A stretch of 64,000 nt of DNA from Bradyrhizobium sp. (GTDB lineage: Bacteria; Pseudomonadota; Alphaproteobacteria; Rhizobiales; Xanthobacteraceae): positions 6,613 through 70,612 of the forward strand of contig JBJMTO010000197.1 in the NCBI GenBank assembly GCA_045811665.1, read 5' to 3'. The position numbers and the translations under genes were made by a program. Under the pieces are notes generated by a model, which made no database searches, was not told where the DNA came from, and worked only from the letters and a program-made list of their open reading frames with translations. The number at the start of each line of letters is the position of its first letter. The stretch's first letter is position 1. This document shows, piece after piece, positions 59,739-64,000 of the stretch.

Positions 59739-60727
59739 CCCTCTCGGACACACAGCGGCCCAACCGCCAAGCTCCGACCGCTGGTAGCTCAACGAGACCG
59801 GCCGTCTTCGTCGATGGCGCGTCCGGCACCACTGGCCTCGGCATTCGCGAGCGCCTCGGCCTGCAGCATGACGTGACGGTGAAAAGCCTCTCCGAGGAGA
59901 AGCGAAAGGACGTAGGTGCGAAGCGGGCGCTGATGGATGAAGTAGACCTCGTGATCCTCTGCCTTCCGGATGACGCCGCAAAAGAAACCGTCGCAATGAT
60001 CGACACCATGGGGGCTGCGGCTCCCAAGGTTCTCGATGCCTCGACGGCCTTTCGCGTCGCAAGCGGCTGGACCTATGGCTTTCCCGAGCTCGTGCCGGGT
60101 CAGGCGGACAAGCTGCGGACTGCGCGGAAAGTATCCAACCCTGGTTGTTATCCGACCGGGGCGGTGGCGTTGCTCCGCCCGCTGGTCGATGGCGGCATCA
60201 TGCCGGCCGACTACCCGGTGACCATCAATGCCGTCAGCGGCTATTCGGGCGGCGGCAAGTCCATGATCGCAAGTTTCGAGGACGGCACCGCGCCAGCGTT
60301 CGAACTTTACGGTCTCGGCTTTGAGCACAAGCACGTGCCTGAGACCCAGCTTTACGCAAACCTCACGCGCCGGCCCATTTTCGTGCCGTCGGTCGGCAAT
60401 TACCGGCAGGGAATGCTGGTATCCGTTCCGTTGCATCTGGACACGTTGCCGGGCAAGCCGGATGGCACCGATCTGCATGCCGCGCTTGCCAGGCGTTACG
60501 GCGAAAGCAAAGACGTCTCGGTGATGCCGCTGGACAACGCGGCTGCAAAGAGCGGACGGATCGAACCGGAAGCGCTGAACGAGACCAACATGCTCGAGCT
60601 TTATGTGTTTGCGAGCGAGAAACACCGACAGGCGCTTCTCGTCGCCCGTCTCGACAACCTCGGTAAAGGTGCCTCCGGCGCGGCCGTTCAGAACATGCGC
60701 CTGATGCTGGGCATCGGCGAGCCCTGA
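59735..60727 (+). CDS. argC: N-acetyl-gamma-glutamyl-phosphate reductase (type 2)
   Basis: [22 protein letters not shown] and DNLGKGASG motifs. Confidence 0.95.
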   Translation: MTLSDTQRPNRQAPTAGSSTRPAVFVDGASGTTGLGIRERLGLQHDVTVKSLSEEKRKDVGAKRALMDEVDLVILCLPDDAAKETVAMIDTMGAAAPKVLDASTAFRVASGWTYGFPELVPGQADKLRTARKVSNPGCYPTGAVALLRPLVDGGIMPADYPVTINAVSGYSGGGKSMIASFEDGTAPAFELYGLGFEHKHVPETQLYANLTRRPIFVPSVGNYRQGMLVSVPLHLDTLPGKPDGTDLHAALARRYGESKDVSVMPLDNAAAKSGRIEPEALNETNMLELYVFASEKHRQALLVARLDNLGKGASGAAVQNMRLMLGIGEP

Positions 60728-60732
60728 CCGCC

Positions 60733-61323
60733 GTGGACAGGGAAACCCTCGAATTCTACGAGAGCAATGCGCAAGCGTATGCGGCGCGCGAGATCGCCAA
60801 GCATCAGCGGCTGAGCCGTTTTCTCGCGCTGCTTCCGAGCGCGGCTCGCATTCTCGAACTTGGATGCGGCGCCGGCGCGGATTCAGCGCAGATGCTGGCC
60901 GAAGGATTCGATGTTTGTCCGACTGACGGATCGCCGGAAATGGCGCAGCAGGCATCGCGTCGTCTCGGTCGTCACGTCCAGACGTTGCTGTTCCATGATT
61001 TGCACGAGGTGGAAGCCTATGACGGCGTGTGGGCCAACGCCTGCCTGCTTCATGTCCCGAGACCTGAGCTTGGTCCGGTGCTGGCGCGGATCTGGCGCGC
61101 GCTGACGCCCGGAGGGTACTTTTACGCGAGCTTCAAGGCGGGCGAGGCGGACGGACGGGATAGCCTCAATCGCTACTACAACTATCCATCGTCCGATTGG
61201 CTGCGAGCTACGTACTCCAGCGCCGGCAACTGGAGTTCACTGTCGATCGAGACAGGCAAGGTCAGAGGCTTTGACGGCGAATGGGCCGAGATGCTGTTCG
61301 TGGTCGCGCGCAAAATCTCCTGA
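60733..61323 (+). CDS. Class I SAM-dependent methyltransferase
   Basis: ILELGCGAG and DGVWANACLLH motifs. Confidence 0.9.
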   Translation: MDRETLEFYESNAQAYAAREIAKHQRLSRFLALLPSAARILELGCGAGADSAQMLAEGFDVCPTDGSPEMAQQASRRLGRHVQTLLFHDLHEVEAYDGVWANACLLHVPRPELGPVLARIWRALTPGGYFYASFKAGEADGRDSLNRYYNYPSSDWLRATYSSAGNWSSLSIETGKVRGFDGEWAEMLFVVARKIS

Positions 61324-61335
61324 GCTCATGCGCTC

Positions 61336-61734
61336 TCAAAGCACCTTGAATATCGCCAGCGCCAGCACGGCCTGGGCGATGAATCCGACCGTGAACGCCA
61401 GCGTCCGGAATATCGGTAAGCCCAGCGTGTAGACGATCAGATGCGCCACGCGCGACCAGAAATACACGGCGGAGGCGAGGACGGTCCATTTGGTCGAATA
61501 GTCGATCTGGGCGAGGATGAGCACCAACGGCGCGAAGATAATGAGGTTCTCCACCGCGTTGTCGTGCGCGAACATCATGCGGGTCGCCCACTCGGCGTGC
61601 GGCTTGTCGTTCCGGGACGGATTTGCCATCGCGCCGGCGAGGCCGCGGACCTGACACCGATTGATCACGTAGGGCACCCACATCACGCCTGTCAGTATCA
61701 CCGTCAGCGTCAGCCAGAACAATTCGCGCGTCAT
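61336..61734 (-). CDS. MAPEG-family membrane protein
   Basis: AHDNAVEN and SRVAH motifs; about four TM segments. Confidence 0.88.
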   Translation of the reverse strand: MTRELFWLTLTVILTGVMWVPYVINRCQVRGLAGAMANPSRNDKPHAEWATRMMFAHDNAVENLIIFAPLVLILAQIDYSTKWTVLASAVYFWSRVAHLIVYTLGLPIFRTLAFTVGFIAQAVLALAIFKVL

Positions 61735-61799
61735 TGGTTCCCCCTCTGTCGGATTCGAATCTGGGACGGCAGACTATAACCCGATCGGGCGACGCCGCG

Positions 61800-63599
61800 C
61801 TACGCGCGGACCCTTACGTAGCTGCCGGGCGCGTCTTCGATCGGCGGCAGCGCCTCGCTGCCGACCGGGCGCGCAGGCACCTGTTCCGCGTCTATGCTCT
61901 CGAGCCATTCGCGCCAGTCTGGCCACCACGACCCCGTGTGCTCGTTGGCGCTCTTGAGCCATTCCGAAAGCGTCAGCTCCTCGGTTCTGTCATTGGTCCA
62001 GTACTGGTACTTGCCCAGTGACGGCGGATTGACCACGCCGGCGATGTGTCCGGACCCCGCAAGCACGAACTTCACCGGTCCGCCGAAGAACTGTGAGCCG
62101 TACAGCACGGAATCCGCGGGCGCGATATGGTCCTCGCGGGTCGCCAGATTATAGATCGGCACCTTGACCTTGGAGAGGTCGAGCAGCGTGTTTTCCAGCA
62201 CCATGCTGCCGGTCGATAGGCGGTTCTCCAGATAGCAGTTGCGCAGGTAATACGAATGGTTCGCGGCCGGCATCCGCGTCGCATCCGAATTCCAGTGCAG
62301 CAAGTCGAATGACGAGGGTGGCTGTCCCTTCAGATAATTGCTGACCACGTAAGACCAGATCAGGTCGTTCGAGCGCAGCATGTTGAAGGCCATCGCCATC
62401 TTGCTGCCTTCGAGCACGCCCGAGACCTGCATCTCGCGCTCCAGCGACGAAATCTGGCCTTCGTCGACGAACACGAGGAGATCGCCGGCGTGCGTGAAAT
62501 CGACCTGCGCGGCCATGAATGTCGCCGACGTCACGCGCACGCGGCGTTTTGCCGCCAGCCACGCGAGAGTCGAGGCGAGCATCGTCCCGCCTACGCAATA
62601 GCCCAGGGTATGCACCTTCATCTCGCCGGTGGCGCGCTCGATGGCTTCCATCGCGGCGAGGGGGCCTTCCTTCATGTAGTCTTCGAAAGTCTTCGTCCCC
62701 AGGGCTTTGTCCGGGTTGACCCAGGAGATGACGAACACGGTGACCCCCTGATCGACGCACCATTTGACAAAGGATTTTTCCGGCCGGAGGTCGAGGATGT
62801 AGAACTTGTTGATCCAGGGCGGAATGATCAGAAGCGGCGTGCGAAGAACCTTCTCCGTGGTCGGTTCGTACTGGATCAGTTGCATCAACTCATTCTGAAA
62901 GATCACCTTGCCGGGCGTGGTCGCCATGTTGACCCCGACCACCAGATTGGCCGGGTCCGATTGACGGATTCGCAAACTGCCGCCGCCGGCCTCGATGTCC
63001 TCGGCCAGCATTTTCATGCCGCGAACGAGATTGTTGCCGCTCGACGCCAGCGTCTCTCGTAAAACTTCAGGGTTGGTCAGAATGAAATTGGAAGGCGCCA
63101 ACGCGTTGCTGATTTGCTGGACGTAGAAATCGGCCTTCTTGCGGGTGTGCGCATCGAGCCCTTCGGCGTTGCGTACGAGGTCGTGTGCCCAGCGCGTGGT
63201 GAGCAGATAAAGCTGCATCACGAATTCGAAGAATTGGTTGGTTTTCCATTCGGGATCTTTGAAGCGCTTGTCACGCGGCGACGGCTCGATCACCGGCGGG
63301 ACTTGCTCGCCGGCCAGACGGCGCACCGAGGAACCCCACAGCTCGAGATAGGCGCTCGCAATCTTTTTCTGCAGTTCCGCTGAGCGTTGGCTGTCCGAGA
63401 GCCAGTATTCAGCCACTGCGGTGAAGGTCTTTATTACTTCGCCAACCTCGCTAGGTGGCGTGGCGGGTTCGCCATCGCGGGCCTTCAGATAGGCAGCGAG
63501 CGCTTGGCCAGTGCTTTCCATCGCCTGCGCGAGGTTCATCGCGAAGGCTTCGGGGTCGAATTTCTTTGCTGCCTGGGTCTCGACCGTAACTTCGCTCAT
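61800..63599 (-). CDS. phaC: Class I polyhydroxyalkanoate synthase
   Basis: PPWINKFYILDL, GYCVG lipase box, DHIAP and SGHIAG motifs. Confidence 0.96.
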   Translation of the reverse strand: MSEVTVETQAAKKFDPEAFAMNLAQAMESTGQALAAYLKARDGEPATPPSEVGEVIKTFTAVAEYWLSDSQRSAELQKKIASAYLELWGSSVRRLAGEQVPPVIEPSPRDKRFKDPEWKTNQFFEFVMQLYLLTTRWAHDLVRNAEGLDAHTRKKADFYVQQISNALAPSNFILTNPEVLRETLASSGNNLVRGMKMLAEDIEAGGGSLRIRQSDPANLVVGVNMATTPGKVIFQNELMQLIQYEPTTEKVLRTPLLIIPPWINKFYILDLRPEKSFVKWCVDQGVTVFVISWVNPDKALGTKTFEDYMKEGPLAAMEAIERATGEMKVHTLGYCVGGTMLASTLAWLAAKRRVRVTSATFMAAQVDFTHAGDLLVFVDEGQISSLEREMQVSGVLEGSKMAMAFNMLRSNDLIWSYVVSNYLKGQPPSSFDLLHWNSDATRMPAANHSYYLRNCYLENRLSTGSMVLENTLLDLSKVKVPIYNLATREDHIAPADSVLYGSQFFGGPVKFVLAGSGHIAGVVNPPSLGKYQYWTNDRTEELTLSEWLKSANEHTGSWWPDWREWLESIDAEQVPARPVGSEALPPIEDAPGSYVRVRA

Positions 63600-63849
63600 G
63601 TCGTTAACACTATAGGTTCATTTCAACTTCGTCACCGCGCCGATGGTCCCACGGTGCTTCGAGGTTAACATCTGAAGCGGGCTTGTTGCGGTGCGTCAAA
63701 GCATCTTGCTTCCGTCATATTGAAGCCTCAACACTTGGATTTCCTGCATTGGCCTTAATCGTTCAGGGCGGCAATAGTTTGGTCATTTGTCGCGACCGTC
63801 GAATAAAAAGAGCGTGCGCCTTTCAAGGGCCGAGAGGAAGACCGGACGG

Positions 63850-64000
63850 ATGTCCATGGATCGAAACAAGGGATCGGCCTTGGTTGCGCTGCTAATGTCC
63901 GCGCTTGCGCTGGCCGGCTGCTCGACTTCGATCGCGGATTTACCGCTGGGGACCCCTGCCGACGCGCCGCCGCGTTCCAAGGAGGCTGGATCGTACCTTC
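63850..64000 (+). CDS. Putative lipoprotein (partial, runs off window end)
   Basis: MSMDRNKGSALVALLMSALALAG-CSTS with lipobox LAGC; GAGGA upstream. Confidence 0.7.
   Translation, partial: MSMDRNKGSALVALLMSALALAGCSTSIADLPLGTPADAPPRSKEAGSYL

Noticed and set aside
63601-63672. GTTAAC half-sites between phaC and the lipoprotein gene as a CtrA box
   Set aside because: No TTAA-N7-TTAA spacing.

Overview
Mostly core chromosome of a GC-rich alphaproteobacterium. Gene content, order and protein style point to the Bradyrhizobium/Nitrobacteraceae group (inference; no database search was run). In order, the window holds: a partial response regulator and CHASE3-type histidine kinase, accC-accB-aroQ, a repeat-rich secreted protein, DsbA and an M48 protease, an aminotransferase, dctA, an autotransporter with a collapsed remnant copy, rne, amiC-mrcA-prfB (programmed frameshift), a large carbamoyltransferase, an M23 peptidase, a BCP peroxiredoxin, a YhdP/AsmA-like protein, tyrS/anmK, a GST, the nifS-like/sufBCDS-sufT-sufA cluster, a GGDEF cyclase, a DEAD-box helicase, two tandem outer-membrane proteins, parE, dedA, an MBL-fold hydrolase, paiB-like-argC and phaC. 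I saw no tRNA, rRNA, CRISPR array, IS element or integrase. The best candidate for an undescribed system is at 58854-59057. There a near-canonical sigma70 promoter would start transcription on the ATG of an unannotated, leaderless 24-aa peptide with four consecutive Arg codons, followed by alternative hairpins that include an RBS sequestrator, upstream of paiB-like-argC. This looks like an arginine-sensing leader-peptide attenuator. Other unannotated signals are a 24-aa membrane microprotein, three sigma-EcfG-type promoters, a perfect CtrA box, tandem Irr/ICE-like boxes and an orphan palindromic operator pair.
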